Shown here: piece by piece, positions 63,630 through 64,000 of the stretch | Numbering within the stretch: the stretch's first letter is position 1 | Layout: every line of letters starts with the position of its first letter | Notes under the pieces: model-generated | The model's input: the letters and a program-made list of their open reading frames with translations, nothing else | Told to the model about the DNA's origin: nothing | The model's database searches: none | Origin: Caulobacteraceae bacterium | GTDB taxonomy: Bacteria; Pseudomonadota; Alphaproteobacteria; Caulobacterales; Caulobacteraceae | Direction: 5' to 3' | Length of the DNA: 64,000 bases | Assembly: GCA_036384135.1 (NCBI GenBank) | Contig: DASVMY010000084.1 | Location: 45,526 to 109,525, forward strand | Position numbers and translations under genes: made by a program

Positions 63630-64000
63630 ATGGCCGTCGGCGAACAGCCCATCATCATCAAGAAGGTGAAGAAGGGCGGCCATGACGCACACCACGGCGG
63701 CGCCTGGAAGGTCGCCTACGCCGACTTCGTGACCGCGATGATGGCCTTCTTCCTGCTAATGTGGCTGATCAACACCACCAGCCCCGAACAGAAGCGCGGC
63801 ATCGCCGACTATTTCGCCCCCGCCAGCGTCTCGGAAACCACCAGCGGTTCGGGCGGCATCCTGGGCGGCACCTCGCTCAGCGACGACGGCGCCAAAAGCT
63901 CCGGCTCCAAGGCGGTAATCGAGGCGCTCGCACCCCCCGCCCCCCCCGACAGCCAGGATGTCGGCCAAAGCAGCAGCAGCAAGACCGGCGGCCCCACGCC
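63630..64000 (+). CDS. motB: Flagellar motor protein MotB, 5' part, truncated by the window end
   Basis: HHGGAWKVAYADFVTAMMAFFLLMWL MotB membrane-anchor motif. Confidence 0.92.
   Translation, partial: MAVGEQPIIIKKVKKGGHDAHHGGAWKVAYADFVTAMMAFFLLMWLINTTSPEQKRGIADYFAPASVSETTSGSGGILGGTSLSDDGAKSSGSKAVIEALAPPAPPDSQDVGQSSSSKTGGPT

Overview
This is a high-GC alphaproteobacterial chromosome segment. Gene order and content point to Caulobacteraceae (Caulobacter/Phenylobacterium-like); that assignment is an inference. Most of the window is housekeeping: the complete 14-subunit nuoA-N complex I operon followed by birA-coaX-rnj and a GDPD-family gene, five tRNAs, recJ-glpX-hom with an aminotransferase, phaC, msrB, argC, rplM-rpsI, ctaA, plsX-fabH-ihfA, bamE, hppA, glyA-nrdR-ribH-nusB-thiL, mucR, hemA, hemB and the start of motB. 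I see no CRISPR array, integrase, transposase, rRNA or obvious multi-gene defence system. The unusual signals are finer-grained. (1) An 883-aa M4/M36-like metalloprotease carries a non-canonical HExxxH...H zinc site and has no signal peptide. (2) RibH and the GDPD-family protein appear intact but have lost catalytic residues. (3) Four small orphan genes are inserted in the nuo operon, next to palindromic repeat elements whose arms differ between copies but match within a copy. (4) Two microproteins sit behind EcfG/sigma-T-type promoters. (5) A candidate structured RNA and operator palindromes lie between the protease and hemA. All product calls come from motif recognition by eye; no database search was run.
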